64,000 bases of DNA from the human T2T-CHM13v2.0 reference genome, Homo sapiens (GCF_009914755.1 NC_060930.1); one strand, 5' to 3'. Positions 14,791 to 27,927 are shown, numbered from the stretch's first letter. Made by a program: numbers and translations. Notes: a model not told the origin generated them from the sequence alone.

Positions 14791-15234
14791 TCCGTCATCT
14801 CTGAACCAATACAATATAAGGAGAGGAGTGTTTTTGTGTTTGCTTGTAATACATTAATGCATGTGTCAAGGCCATTATAAGATTATGCCAAGATAAAGCT
14901 ACATCTCTTATCCCCATCTTTGGTGTACCCTGAAATCTCTCCTAAAGCAAATTAATTCTTCCAATTCTCCAGTTCTAACTATGTAACCTGGCTTGGTAAG
15001 CCCCACTGATTCTCAAATGATTCCATATGAAGAACTCAAGAAGGCTCAACAGTGACAGAATAAACTCAGAAAATCAAAATACACCAAAAAACCTTCTAAT
15101 TTGACTCCATTCATCTCATTTTGAAAGGTAACTGAACCCTCTCAAAGTCCTTTGTGTTGTGTCTCAGTCAATGTGTAGGCCAATGACTCCAATTGTTTTT
15201 TTTCCTTTGCAAAGGAACAGGTACAAATAACTAC

Positions 15235-15465
15235 CAGCACTTCTCACAGGAGGGTACACTGCTAGGGTGTTAGGAGCACAATATGAAAGTTGATTTGAAT
15301 AGACTGATTTCACAGTATATTTATTAGAATCCCAGTTCTCCCAGATTTTAACTGAGTAACTTTGGTGACATCAAAAGCCTTTGGAACCTCATCTTCCTTA
15401 TCTGTTAGGAAGGGTTAACAGTGACTTTCCCCTGCTTATTATGAAGATTAAATATAGTGCTATAT
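15235..15465 (+). repeat. Derived copy of a 231-bp local direct duplication
   Basis: 9 mismatches and no gaps versus 17134-17364. Confidence 0.95.
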
Positions 15466-15544
15466 TGCTGTGTATATTGCTACCTGTGTTGATATTTACA
15501 AGATGTTTCAGGACTAAAAGAAAATCTTGAAAAGAAAATATTAC

Positions 15545-15790
15545 TGGAAATCATATGGCTCAACTCAGCAAATCACACTGCCTGGCAGACAAACGATTTC
15601 TTGGTCATAAAAGCAGTTCAATGGCCGGTTTGCTCCATAAAGCTCATCTTGACAAAAAAAAAGTGTGACTTTCTTTGATCCCTGGTGTGGAATACTTCAG
15701 ATGACCTGGTTCAATAATAAAAATAAAAGCCGGCCAAGATTGGCTTGGCAGCCCAGAGATAGATCACCTTGGAATGAGTGGGTCACGAGC
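15545..15790 (-). pseudogene. Fossil exon 19 (phase 0 to 2; 1-nt slip in a T9 run)
   Basis: gattatctttcattcag| ... CA|gtaata; ARDPLIPR*SISGLPSQSWPAFIFIIEPGHLKYSTPGIKESHTFF/CQDELYGANRPLNCFYDQEIVCLPGSVIC*VEPYDF. Confidence 0.58.
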
Positions 15791-16371
15791 CTGAATGAAA
15801 GATAATCTTCCACTTCTTTTTGATTTTTTTTCATTATAGAGTCCTTAAGATTTTAATCTGAAATCACCAAATGGAATTATTCATTGTGAATAATCATACA
15901 AAGAAAAAAGAAACATCAACTTAAAAATTATGTACAGTATAAAAACAGAGATGACACCCAAGTCCTTTTATAAACAAGTTTGGGCTTAGAATTTCTGTAA
16001 AGAATGAAAACTCTTATTTTTATATGCAATTTCATATCAGGCAGAAGAAGTGCTCTTCAAAGGAGCAGATACTATATTTGTGGAATAAAAGGAATGTAGT
16101 GGAAAAACATTACTGGACTGCTCCTGATTTATGGACATTGGTGAGTCATTCATGTCCCTGGAGCCTAGTTTCCTCTTTGGTAAAATGGGAGACAATTATG
16201 TATATTTTCCATAAATATCATGACAATCCAATGAGATAATACAAGTGAACATGTTCCATAAAGCAGAAATGCTGCATACCTATGAAGTGTGATATTATTT
16301 ATTATTTTGCAGTGATTCTAGGGCAAATGATTTCTTAATCATAGCACTGATGTTCTCTGGATTACGATTAG

Positions 16372-16683
<312 letters not shown>

Positions 16684-17133
16684 CTGAATGTGACTTTCAA
16701 ATACTTCCCTTGCTTCATTCATCCACCCCCTGGTTTTTCTCTCATCTCACACAATATTCCTGTTCTCTGTCATATAACCCCAAAACTTCTTTTTCTCTTA
16801 TTCCCCAAATGCCAGTGCTAGTACCATCACTCTGCCCACCAGATAAGAAACACTATCTGTGTTCCCTTGTTAATCTATTGACTTTAAGCCCACTTGTGTT
16901 TCTTTAAGAGAACGTGTACATTGAGGCAAACACTTTCCACTGCTTTAATTTTAGTTGTAGGAGTGAGAAAGGTGTTGGATCACCAAAAGAGGTCACACAC
17001 ACAGAGTGGGAGAGGAAGACACTCTAGAGCACATTCCTCTGATATCACTTGATACTTAATTTTCTGCAGCACACAGCTAAGCTGTAGAAATTTTAAGGGA
17101 AATACAGAAAAATGAAAAAAAAAAACAGCATTT

Positions 17134-17410
17134 CAGCACTTCTCCCAGGAGGGTACACTGCTAGGGTGTTAGGAGCACAAAATGAAAGTTGACTTGAATA
17201 GACTGATTTCACAGTATATTTACTGGAATTCCAGTTCTCCCAGTTTTTAACTGAGTAACTTTGGTGACATCAAAAGCCTTTGGAACCTCATCTTCCTTAT
17301 CTGTTAGGAAGGGTTAACAGTGACTTTCCCGTGCTTATTATGAAGATTAAAAATAGTGCTATATGTGTAAGACTCTGGTATAAAGTGGGTGCTTAATAAA
17401 TATTATTTGC
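17134..17410 (+). repeat. Source copy of the 231-bp duplication (17134-17364), containing a MIR with its 3' tail
   Basis: Continues into the MIR tail ...gtgcttaataaatatt, which the 15235 copy lacks. Confidence 0.85.
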
Positions 17411-17569
17411 TTACAAATTTATAAACAATAAATATTATTTATTTATGAGTCTATATCTCTAAGTGGATATTGGCCATGTGCATTTGTTGTGATACAGAAA
17501 GCTCAAAGAACAGGCACGCTATTCATTTGCTGAAGACTTAAGTTGTGGATACATAAAATCTTGAGAGTA

Positions 17570-17950
17570 CTTAATCCAGACTTCCAGGAAAACGAGATTT
17601 CCTTCTGTATCATCCATGACTGGCAGAAATCCAGCCTCCAATTGAGCTGTCATAAGTTGTCAAAGTAGTTCATCCCTTTTAACAACAGCTCTAACTACTA
17701 GAAAGAACTTGTTTACAATTCATTGAAATCTGCCTTTCCATAAATTGTATCCATTAATCAAAGATCTCCCTACTACAATGTTTAAGATGAAGCTGAATCA
17801 TCATTTCTTGAAAGTCTTATTAAAAGAATAAAGATAATGTCATGCTAGACTGAAGTCTTTTCTTGTTTTACTTCTTAAATGGATTTTCTTCTGATGTAAT
17901 TCACAGCTCCTTACTAGCATGGGTTACTCTAGTTTGTTAGTCTTTTTAAA
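17570..17950 (-). mobile_element. L3/CR1 remnant
   Basis: ctctaactactagaaagaactt...gaaatctgcctttcc resembles the L3 3' region. Confidence 0.45.
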
Positions 17951-20128
17951 AATGTATAAAAACTAGGTTTGAACAGCACTTTTTTCAAAAATCAGCATAC
18001 TATGCATTTACAAATGTAATCTAAATTTACAGTCTATATTTACCATTAGCTAGGAACACCACATGCTTTTTATTCAAACGAGGACACTTATGAGACTGAA
18101 AGATATACTATTAGCAATTACACTTGGAAAAAATATTTAAGATGAGATTTAAGACAGCCAAGGACAAGTAGTCATTCCACATCAAAAGCATCCTCACACT
18201 GTTATATTCTTTCTTTCCCTCTCTCTCTTTAAAATTTTCACCTAAATGGCCTTTTCTCCAGTTTACCTTGGTAGCTAATGAAATTTTGTACAACTGCGTG
18301 TCTCCTTCTACTGTACCATACTCTTACCACTTCTGATAAGTCTCATTTTGTAAACACAATGTTCATTGCTATGTTTAAAATTTTATTAGTACACAAGGTT
18401 TAGGTAGTCTCTTTCATAAAAATTTGAAGCCTGCTTTACCGTAGCATTTTCTGTACATTAGAATAGAAGAATCCAAGGTTTAATATTGCTTAATGTTATT
18501 CCCTGTCACTTTTCTCTTGAATTAATACTTTTCATATGTGTTATCTGCTGCTCTTGATAATTTCCATCTTTATCAATTTATCTGAGTAGTTATCTCTGTT
18601 TTTCAAATTTCAAGTTAATACTTTTTTGATCATGTTGTCAAATCTATAAATAAGCATATCAATAACACTCCCCCAAGCACCCTTTGACTATATTTTATAT
18701 ACTAGGTGATATGCCTCTGAATAAAAGAGTGGTTATTCAACAACCTCTAAATACTTTTTCTTACTATGCCATGAGAATAAATTCAAAGAAAATTTTCAGA
18801 TAGTACATGTGTCTGGATGTTCTTAATCCTTCTCAGGGAATCAAAATTCCCAGGTAGAGATTCTGTCTCTTTCAATTTTTTTCTTTATTATTTGTCTCTC
18901 TAATTATTGGTTCAAGTGAACAAGCAAAAGTGGCAGAGTTGGTTGGTTCAGGAAACATAAGCAAATTCTCCTTCAGAGACTGCAAACTGCTGTGCTGCTA
19001 CACTCCTGTCATGCCAAGTCAACACGTGAGAAGCTCAGACCTCCCTTCCCGAGAGTTACAATCTCTGTTAGACAATGGACGCCCCTTATCTCACTTCAAG
19101 GGTATCCAAAACTTGTGAACCTTTCTTAGTATTCTGTGAAGCCAGCAATTTATTTTTTTCAGAAGATCTTGATTCACCTTATTTGAAAGGTTCCTTCTCA
19201 TGCCCAACATGTGAATCCAATGATACAGTTTCTCTTCTCCTCTTTGTCACAACATTCTACTCTCCAAAGTCTTGATACTAAGTTTGCTCCATTCATTTCA
19301 TTTTTTTGGTCCCTATTTCTGACTTCTCAGTAGCAATCCTTCATATTTTCTAATACACCAAAAAGGGAAATTTCCCTGTTAAGTTTCTTTATGTTTTGCT
19401 CTAGCAGATATTTTATCTCTAATACAAGTTATGATGTAACTCCTCCTTTTCCTTCCTGCAGGCCGCTAGGACTAGATATTTGTAATGAGGACAAGCAGTA
19501 GAGATAACCAGACCTCCTCTGAGGAGACCTATAATCTGAATGTTTCATATCTTTGTCTTACTCTTACTTTTCCATCCCTTTGCTGCCACTGTTCAGCTTT
19601 GGTCTTCTGGCAAGGTTGGAACCTCAGAGGGAGAAATCATATCACTTTCAGGAATGGCACGTCCATGATTGCTCAATATGGCACCCAGGCCAATTCTGAC
19701 CCACAAAAAGTGAGCAGTGTGTCCCTGGACTGAGGAATCCACTCTGCCCCTCATACTAATTACCCTGGGACCTTGGACTTGCCACTTAATCATCCAGTCC
19801 ATCAGATTCTCCCCCACTTAAAGTGAAGGGGTTGAACTAGATGTCCTCTGAGAAATTTTCTTATTTGACATTAGTATCTTCCAACCATGAGTATAATATT
19901 TCCTGTGTGGCCTCTTAGTGCCATACACTAATACAGTAGTCCTCTCCTAGGTTGGGAGTGTTGTGCTTGATGGCCAGCAGATGGTAATTGGTTTTCAGTG
20001 GTGTTGGTTATAAAGAAATGATTTACTTCTTCTCACTTTCTAACAACTGCTCATGAATATCTGTCATTTTGTCTTAACATTCATTTCACATATTCCTTTC
20101 TAGAGTACTAAATACATAGAAAAATTAC

Positions 20129-20270
20129 CTTGACCATATATTTTTTGAGGTTCACATTTATAACGCATCATTGCAATCCTGGAACACTAGAAGATATGTG
20201 GATTTTAATATTCTCTACTGTTCAGAGTTTGTGTGCATGAATATATTTGTCCCTGATGAATTCTGGGTAC
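20129..20270 (-). pseudogene. Fossil exon 18 (phase 2 to 0)
   Basis: catttcttatcctgcag| ... AAG|gtaatt; YPEFIRDKYIHAHKL*TVENIKIHISSSVPGLQ*CVINVNLKKYMVK (both stops TGA). Confidence 0.6.
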
Positions 20271-20729
20271 CTGCAGGATAAGAAATGCGCAGCTCTCAAA
20301 GGTAAAAGTCTGTACTAATTTTAGGTGGTCTCTGTCTCCTATTTATGACAAGTTTTTTTTCTCCCAATGTCTAATATTTCCTAGGGTCCAATATTTCACA
20401 AGCTCAGCAGCATTGCTGTGAGATGGGTAACAAACCAATTTATATTTTATAGATGCTAAAACTGAGGCACAGAGAAAGTATGTGATCTGCTCCAGGCTGC
20501 CAGCAGCTCAGCAAGGAATTGCAGAATAAAGACAGAGAAAAGAAAGAACCTAATTCCTCTCTGATTCTCCTTTGCTAAGGATCAGAACACCATGGGGCTG
20601 AAAGATTCTTTGAGAAACGGGCAGCCTACTATCCTCTTTTTAGAGAAGCCTATATGTGAATTTAGCCAGAAGATATGTCAAGCTCCTGACTCTAATCCAT
20701 ACCAATATTTAATATTCTTCATTACTAGA

Positions 20730-21420
20730 ATGATCCTCCTCAGCCTTTGCCATCATCCACAAATAAATCCCAGCACTCATTTTGTCATGACTCGATTCCC
20801 TGTAATAGCCTTATGACTAGGCACCCTTTAGTAGTCACTCTCCTCCACCCATCCTCAAGTTAACTCTATGGTCTATGCCCAGTGACATTCCTAGGTTCTA
20901 TTTCATTGTACCACTTAATTAAACAAGAGTGTAAAGACCTCCTGTTTCCTAACACATCAGGTGTATGATCCTCTACCTAGCTTTTAAGGCCACACACTAG
21001 CGGACCCTGCTCCATTTTTCAACTGTCATTTCCCTATCCTAGTCCAGATTTGCAGCTCTCGTCTTTGCTTGCATTGGGATATTGCTTTGCTTTTGCACAT
21101 TCTGCTTTTCATCCAGAGTTTGGTTTTCACTTCTTCATCCATGCTTCTAAGCCCTACTCCTCTCATGCCCTCCACGAAGCCTCCATGGACTGCTGTAGTT
21201 GTAGCAATCTCTTTACTGCGTCAACTCTAATTGCCCTGTGTGTTTGTATTACCTACAAATATTCTCTCATTGTATTTGTGTGTGACTACAATACACCTAA
21301 ACCACTAAGCTTCCTAGAGGACAGGAATTGTGTCTTCTTTTTGCCTTACCAGTAGTACAAAGTAAAATAAATAAAAATCATAAAAACAAAATAAAATCCT
21401 CAATAAGTACCAGTTGGTTC
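20730..21420 (+). mobile_element. L2 remnant
   Basis: tgtaatagcctt... taagcttcctagaggacaggaattgtgtc... ctcaataa. Confidence 0.55.
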
Positions 21421-21529
21421 TCTGGAATTCAGTGAATTAGATTTGTAAACTGTGCATGTGCATGTGTGCATGCTTTATGAATTGACTTTGTATTTTGGGA
21501 AAAAAAGATCATAAATAAAGAGAGTAGTA

Positions 21530-22536
21530 CATTGATTCTTGAACAACTTGGGAGTCAGGAGTACCAACCTCTCATGCGGTCAGAAACCCACATAAAACTT
21601 TTAACTCACAAAACTTAACTGACCAGAATGCCTTACTGATAACACAGTTGAGTAACACGTATTTTGTATGAGTATTCTATACTGTATTCCTTCAATAAAA
21701 TAAGCTAGAGAAAGAAAATGTTATTAAGAAATCATGAGGAAGAGAAAATATATTTACAGTACTGTATTCCATACTATAAGTTTACATTGTCTGTTTACAA
21801 GATGAATCGTCTAAGATGGCAGTAACTGCAGCTACAGACCTCAATCTACAGTCCACACATGTTAACCAATTCAGCTCTTTTTTGCAATGTCATGACTTTT
21901 AATCTGCTTCTTATGGGCACTTCCAGCCTCACTGTTGGCGCTTCCTATGGATCCCATGGTGTTATTCAAAGCTGACACTATTGTACTAAACATGATGGAA
22001 AATATGCGAGAACTTCAAGAGATCACTTTTTACCGCAATATGGAATTGGAACTGCTCACGTGGGGATCATTAGCATCACATGGTGTTTTAAGCAGATACT
22101 CACATGAGCTCACTGCAATAGCAATAGGGGATGGCTATGAAATTATTACAGTAGTACAGTTTGTACTACAATTAATTTTATGCAGTTATGATTTAATTTT
22201 GCATCTTTATGTTTGTTTATATTTCTCGCAACTTTGAATGACACCCTGTATTGTCTGTGTGTGTGTTTTGATAAATTTTAACTTTTTATAACAGATTTGT
22301 GTATATTTTATGGCAGTGAATGATAAAATACACTAGTATCTGCATATATTTTATGCATTCCTGATATACTTTTTCTTAATTTCTTGGATATTTCTAGGAT
22401 AGGCACATGGTTCACCTACAAGTTTTTTCAAATTTACACAAATCTCCAAAATTTTTCCCAATATATTTATTGAAAAAAAAATCCATGTGGAAGTGGACCC
22501 AGGTAGTTCAAATGCATGTTTTTCAAGGGTCAACTG
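21530..22536 (-). mobile_element. Tigger2-family non-autonomous DNA transposon (~1 kb, Tigger2b-like)
   Basis: TIRs cattgattcttgaacaac and gtttttcaagggtcaactg flanked by TA. Confidence 0.85.
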
Positions 22537-22602
22537 TATATGTAGCATTTTTGTTTTGTTTTTGGGAGTAGTTTTAGAGGATAATTTAGCCTCAATTATC
22601 AC

Positions 22603-22804
22603 CTGAATTTCAAATGCCTTCCAGAGGACTTCTTTCTTTAACCGGAAGTTGTTTTGCTACATATAAGAGCAATATCTTCCCTGTCAAGCTGGTGTAGCAT
22701 TTGACTTTCACTCTGATGACCCTCTCATGCCCTGAGCATCCTGAGTCCTTGTTTTTCATTTCCCCTAATACAGAACTAAATCTTGAGTTTGGATATCGTA
22801 TGAA
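22603..22804 (-). pseudogene. Fossil exon 17 (phase 2 to 2, one frameshift)
   Basis: ttgtatgccatttcag| ... AG|gtgata; SYDIQTQDLVLY*G/NEKQGLRMLRA*EGHQSESQMLHQLDREDIALICSKTTSG*RKKSSGRHLKF. Confidence 0.55.
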
Positions 22805-23299
22805 CTGAAATGGCATACAACCAAGGTTCATATTTTATAAGTGGCTGGAATTCACTTGAGAATATTGGCATAATAATATATACTTTCTTTTGGAAGGCAG
22901 ATAAGGTATGAACAGGTCTTAGCACAGGGGAAAATTTTAAATAAGCAGTCTTCATTTTGTAAATATTGTCTTAATCGAGAAGATATGTAATATTTGAAAT
23001 GTCTCAATTTTAAAATATGAATGTTTCTTTCAATTTCATGGGGTTGTATTTAGAAATTATGAAAATTTTATTACATTAAAACATTATAAAAACTTGTACC
23101 AGGCCCTTTGAGTCTGGGCTAGAGGATTTAGTTCATCCATTGCAGCAGTCTACTCAGCAAGAATTCTTCCTTGGTATCTACTCAAACCTTATTGAAGAGA
23201 ATAACTGTTGCAAAGCTCTAATTTTTAAATGTTTTTTAAAAAATATATATTAAATTGAAACTTATCTTACTGGAATTTCCACCTGTTACATCTCCACTC

Positions 23300-23560
23300 T
23301 CAGCAGCATTGGCCAGAACTTTTTCCCCCTGATGGAAATATTCTTTATCTGCACCATCTGATAGGGCAGTCACTAGCTGCATATGGCTTTGAGCACTAGT
23401 GACTTGAGGAACGGAAATTTTCATTTTATTTAATTTTACTTAATTTAAATTTAAATATGAATAGTCACACAATACAACCTAAATAATCACAACATAATAC
23501 AATGTAAATAATCACAAAATACAATAGGCTAGTGACTATTGTACTGGACAACACAACCAT
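23300..23560 (+). mobile_element. MER3 (hAT-Charlie) with an internal templated insertion
   Basis: agaacttt...gatggaaatattc...ggctagtgactattgtactggacaac. Confidence 0.8.
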
Positions 23561-23927
23561 AGTAGTTTGCTGAAAAAGCTAGCGATCATTTTCACATGCT
23601 GGCCCTTCAGAAATTTCAAGAGATTGTTGATATTTGTACTTTCTTTTTAGGGCATTTTTTGTTTCCTCATTGATAGGTTTGAACTTCAGAATTTAGTTTG
23701 TTGCTACTGCTGCTACTGTTGTTATGATCCTCTTTTCCTAAGGTCTCTTCAAACTCATAGATTCTATCATTGTTTCTAGATGTTCCTTGGAAACGTTGAG
23801 CAATTATAGTCTTGATATATATAAAGTACTCTGAATGCATGGGACAACAAACAAACGACAAACAAAACTGACACATAAATCGCAGAATTTGGAACATTTG
23901 GAGACATAGGGCACACAAGATTTAAAC

Positions 23928-24149
23928 AAATGGTTCTAACCGGGACAATTTTGCCTCACAGGGGACATTTGGCAATGTCTGGAGATGGGTATTGACTGCC
24001 ATGACTTGTGGCGGAGGCGATGCTTCTGGTATCTAGTGAATAGAGGGCAGCGATGCTGCTAAACACCCTGCAATGCTCGGGACAGAGCCTCCACAACAAA
24101 GAATCATCCAGCCCAAAATGCCAATAATGCCGAGGCTGAGGAAGCCTGG
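23928..24149 (+). mobile_element. MER20 (hAT-Charlie)
   Basis: ggggacatttggcaatgtctggaga...gatgctgctaaacaccctgcaatgc...cccaaaatgccaataatgccgagg. Confidence 0.92.
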
Positions 24150-24219
24150 TTTCCACAAACATCTAAGAAATAAATATCACATAAAAACCTCATTCATTTG
24201 AAAAGAAGGAAAGAATTAC

Positions 24220-24801
24220 AAAATGGCTTGCCTAGGTGTACTAATATTGTAAAATTTTATAAGTTGCACGCTTGTTTTTGCATTCCTCTTCCACATCAAG
24301 AACTCTATTGGGTCACTGAATTCACTGGTAAATTTACTAAGAACATCTTCAAAAGTTCTTCACTCCTTCCTTCTTTTCCTTCTGAAGCTATTACTGCAGG
24401 TCTTGTTATTATCATTATTAGACCGTCATAATATACTTTTAATCCCCATTTGTGCTTCCATTTTCACAGAACACTATCCGTGTTGTAACAAAGCCACTGG
24501 TTATACGAGTCCAAATAAAAATGATGTGATATCATGAAGTCATCTTCTTCCGATACGTATTTGGTAGGAATCCTTTTTCCATAGAAATATTTTATTTGGT
24601 AGTGTGTGAGGCCAGTTAATCTTTCTCTTGCATCTTGAGGCAGGAAATAATTAATACAACCTGGGGGAAGAGCCCGGATAGCTGGTCAGAAGGAAATCTG
24701 ACACCTGGTGAAATGTGCCTCGTTTCCGGTTTCAGCACTAGCGTGAAATTTCCCGAGGTTCATAGGAAGGTTCGTCAAATCTTGGCAAATCTCTTGGTAA
24801 A
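24220..24801 (-). pseudogene. Fossil exon 16 (phase 2 start, at least two frameshifts, CpG-rich)
   Basis: LPRDLPRFDEPSYEPREISR*C*NRKRGTFHQVSDFLLTSYPGSS/GCINYFLPQDARERLTGLTHYQIKYFYGKRIPTKYVSEEDDF.../SFRRKRRKE*RTFEDVLSKFTSEFSDPIE. Confidence 0.58.
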
Positions 24802-24925
24802 CTGGGTAGTGTCAGATTCCAAAAGAAATATGAAAGTTTTACCTGGCTTCAAATTTCCAGTGTAAAATGTTCAACAGTCTAAGCAAGAAGGCTGCTTGCA
24901 ATTGAGAAAAATCCAAGTTTCTTAC

Positions 24926-25114
24926 TTTGGATAACTTATTGGAAGAGACAATTCACCAAGAATAAAACCTCCAGGGAGACATATTTCATAGCAACCCATC
25001 CAGCCTCTTTCAGAACATGCAGTTTTCAATGGACCTGGCTGCTATCACTGCACCAACAGTTTCACATTGTTCATTATCACATTGTATCATAATGTTCCCA
25101 CATTCAAAGCCAAG
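24926..25114 (-). pseudogene. Fossil exon 15 (phase 0 to 2, one frameshift)
   Basis: gtattttcccctag| ... AA|gtaaga; LGFECGNIMIQCDNEQCETVGAVIAA/GPLKTACSERGWMGCYEICLPGGFILGELSLPISYP. Confidence 0.62.
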
Positions 25115-26835
25115 CTAGGGGAAAATACTCTCCCAGAGGGTTTTTCAAAGTTCGCACTGGAGAGAAGAATGCATGGGACATTTCCTATCAAGTTCCAAAG
25201 AGTGGAAAAGAAAGTACAATGATAAGAATCAATAGACAATTCCTAAAATATTGTTCACGAAATGAGTTCTAGCAGGCTGTAAAGGTGAAGAGAAAAGTTG
25301 CATTTCCAAGTTCTAATAGCAGTGTTGGACTTTGAAATAAAAAGGAGGTTTTCTAAAACCTTGTCCTATTTGAGCAGGTTTGAGATTTGACATTCAGCAC
25401 GCATTTTTAAAATCTTCCTGCAAAACCTCTGTACATCCACTTAGTACTAAAGGGCTGCTTTGCCCATTTCCCAGGGGCTCTAGCATGCAGGCTGATTACA
25501 GCCCTGCTAAGTCAGCAAAGGGAGGTTGCGGGTCCAGCGTGTTGCTCCTTTTAAAGGAGCCACATCCTGCCAGGGCCTTGGAATCATTACAACCTGATGA
25601 TAAAATTTCTGGCAATTTAATTAACACAAAGACATTTGAATCGTTTCTAGTGTTTGTAATCTCCTTCTGTCTGAGTACCATATAATCAAGGACATTCAAC
25701 TGGAACAGAATTAGCCTACTTTAAGTACACCCCAAACAAATTCATACAGGCTGAAGTTATTTAATCATTGGTGCTGAGAAATGGATATGGTTAAGCTGAT
25801 GAACAGAGTTTCTCCGTAGTGTCTTTGATGGAAAGCAGTGCTCCTATAGAGGTATTGATCTGTGGGATAAATAAAAACACTGGGGTTTAAAATTACATTG
25901 ATTATTACTAACTACTCCTTTTTCACTGAAAGCAATATCAAGTCCATCAAATAAGGTCTATGGCCAGAAATCAAAGGCCATTTTTTTTGTGTTCAAAACA
26001 TGGAAAAAAATATTGTTACCAAATCTATCTTTTCAACCAACCCACAACATAGGTAGAAATTGCTGTCAGCGTTGACACACGCTAACATGAAGAGTGATGA
26101 AAGGTTATTCTTTCTTGGTCTTTTTGGTAATCAAGCACTCTGAAATTGTGATTGATTGCTGGCTCCAAGTGATTTTTTTTTAGGGCAAGCTTCCAAAGGA
26201 TTTCCTAAGGCCAAATCTAAAGTAGCGAAGAGGAAAATATATAAATTTATCCTTAATAATTGATGCTAAAAACTAATTTTCAAAATATTCCCAGGAAAGT
26301 CCTATCTTTGGACTCAAATTACTGGGAAATTGTTCTAATTGTTTCAATAAAAGAACTGTTGTTAAAAATAGCGTGCAGTGTTCTGTTTTGGTTAGTGGTA
26401 AATCAAGTTTAATTCCTGGGAAAACTCAAAATTCATTCTATAATACACCAGCCCCAATATTTTTCTTTGGCTTTTAAGAAAGCTATGAGTCAGAACTTGA
26501 ACTGATTTGTAACACAAATACTAGGATTGGCTCCCACCAAACAGTGATGGTGCCCTTTTGCTAAATGCAGACAATTGGTAGCCCAGTTGGGTGAATTGAT
26601 TCTTTGCCTTGGGAGAAGAGAATACAGGACTCAGGAAGAGCTGAGTAATGTCCGCACATGAATGAGTGAGTGATGAGACCGAGACTGTATCACCACAGGC
26701 TTTTCTCCAATTTCAGGTCTCTTGTCCAGTAGAAACGATGATGTACTTTTCTCCAGAAGGTTAGAAAGCAGCAAAACTTTGTATTTTACTAGAGGTGACA
26801 GTTTAGTATTCTGCTAAGCTGCCAGTATAATGAAC

Positions 26836-27062
26836 CTGCCAGTTCCTCCTTTTTAAACCATCCACTGACATGGGACTAAAGAATTGCTCAAGGAAATTAA
26901 TTGCAGACACTCTAAAAAACCAAGTGGAAAGGAATTTCTGCACTGAAGGGGAGTCAGTCTGAAATTTATGGCAGTGGAAAGTACTTTAATCAAATAGTGT
27001 AGCTGTATTTTTAAAGGATGGGATAATGTTATGATCAATAACAATATTTGTATGCCTGCATG
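26836..27062 (-). pseudogene. Fossil exon 14 (phase 1 to 0)
   Basis: gatttctccatttcag| ... CAG|gttcat; CRHTNIVIDHNIIPSFKNTATLFD*STFHCHKFQTDSPSVQKFLSTWFFRVSAINFLEQFFSPMSVDGLKRRNWQ (1 stop in 75). Confidence 0.62.
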
Positions 27063-27693
27063 CTGAAATGGAGAAATCAAATCTCATGCTTCAAAGCCTA
27101 GGCTACCTGCTGCAGGTGTCTAGGAGGAATGCTTTCATAACATACATCATTATAAACTAGCCTGGGTAAATTGATGTCTTTTTCTGCCTTTACATGAAGC
27201 ATGAGGAGTCAGTGACTGGCAATGGCCTAAGACTAAGTTAAACGTCTGACATTGAGTTTGTCTGGGCTCTTTTCCCACTAGCTGAAGAACAGAGGTGCTG
27301 GAGCCATGTGGAGTTTGATGGGGCTTGAATGGGAAAGGCAGAATGTTATAAGGAGTTAGTTTCCTCACATTTGGATAATTTGAGGCTGAAAACCATATTT
27401 CCATTACCCGTTGGTAAAAGAGTGAGAGCAGAGAGGCAAATGCCAAAGAATGATGTCAGCCAAATGCCCGAGGTTTAACCAAGTGACAGAGAGCCCAGGG
27501 GCTCGTTCTATTTCCAATATATATTTGTGTGAGCAGACAACTCACTGAAATCTCCATCATCTCCGTATGTAATGGCAGTGTTACGTAGTGGAATTATGGA
27601 GTTAACTTTAAAAATCACTTATAAAAATGTTGGAGAAAATTTAAGGTAAAAAGGGTTCAACATTGAAAGCACCATGAATAATAGTAATTATAC

Positions 27694-27761
27694 TCTTGAA
27701 GACTTCAGTATAACCAGGTCCATTTGGAGCTCAATTCAAAAAGACTTTGTTACTAAAGAGC
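27694..27761 (-). pseudogene. Possible small fossil exon 13b
   Basis: ttctaataatgctcttcag| LFSNKVFLN*APNGPGYTEVFK; its phase-2 start does not match exon 13 without a frameshift. Confidence 0.3.
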
Positions 27762-27927
27762 CTGAAGAGCATTATTAGAAAGGTTTAACTCATCAGGGCA
27801 TATAGGCATCAAGGACAGCATAATACTGAGACTGAATGTCATAAAATTATTGCCTCCCAATTAAGACTAATTGTAAGAAAGGGCTGTCTGATTTATAGAA
27901 TAGTTTTAAGAAATGTAGTTGAATTAC

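Noticed and set aside
22610-22831. ORF with SLTGKILLLYV resembling ubiquitin TLTGKTITLEV
   Set aside because: Short match in what looks like the I/L/V-rich shadow frame of fossil exon 17; the other frame matches the next exon's phase.
22605-24445. PP1-docking-like motifs KSIL and RHLKF in the reconstruction
   Set aside because: Short degenerate motifs in a decayed sequence are expected by chance.
24843-24878. 36-nt mini-exon and an acceptor at 24660
   Set aside because: Joining them gives immediate stops; exons 15 and 16 join in phase without them.
24200-25120. Possible NUMT or endogenous viral insert because of the CpG excess
   Set aside because: No mitochondrial or viral motifs recognised, and the segment has exon-intron structure.
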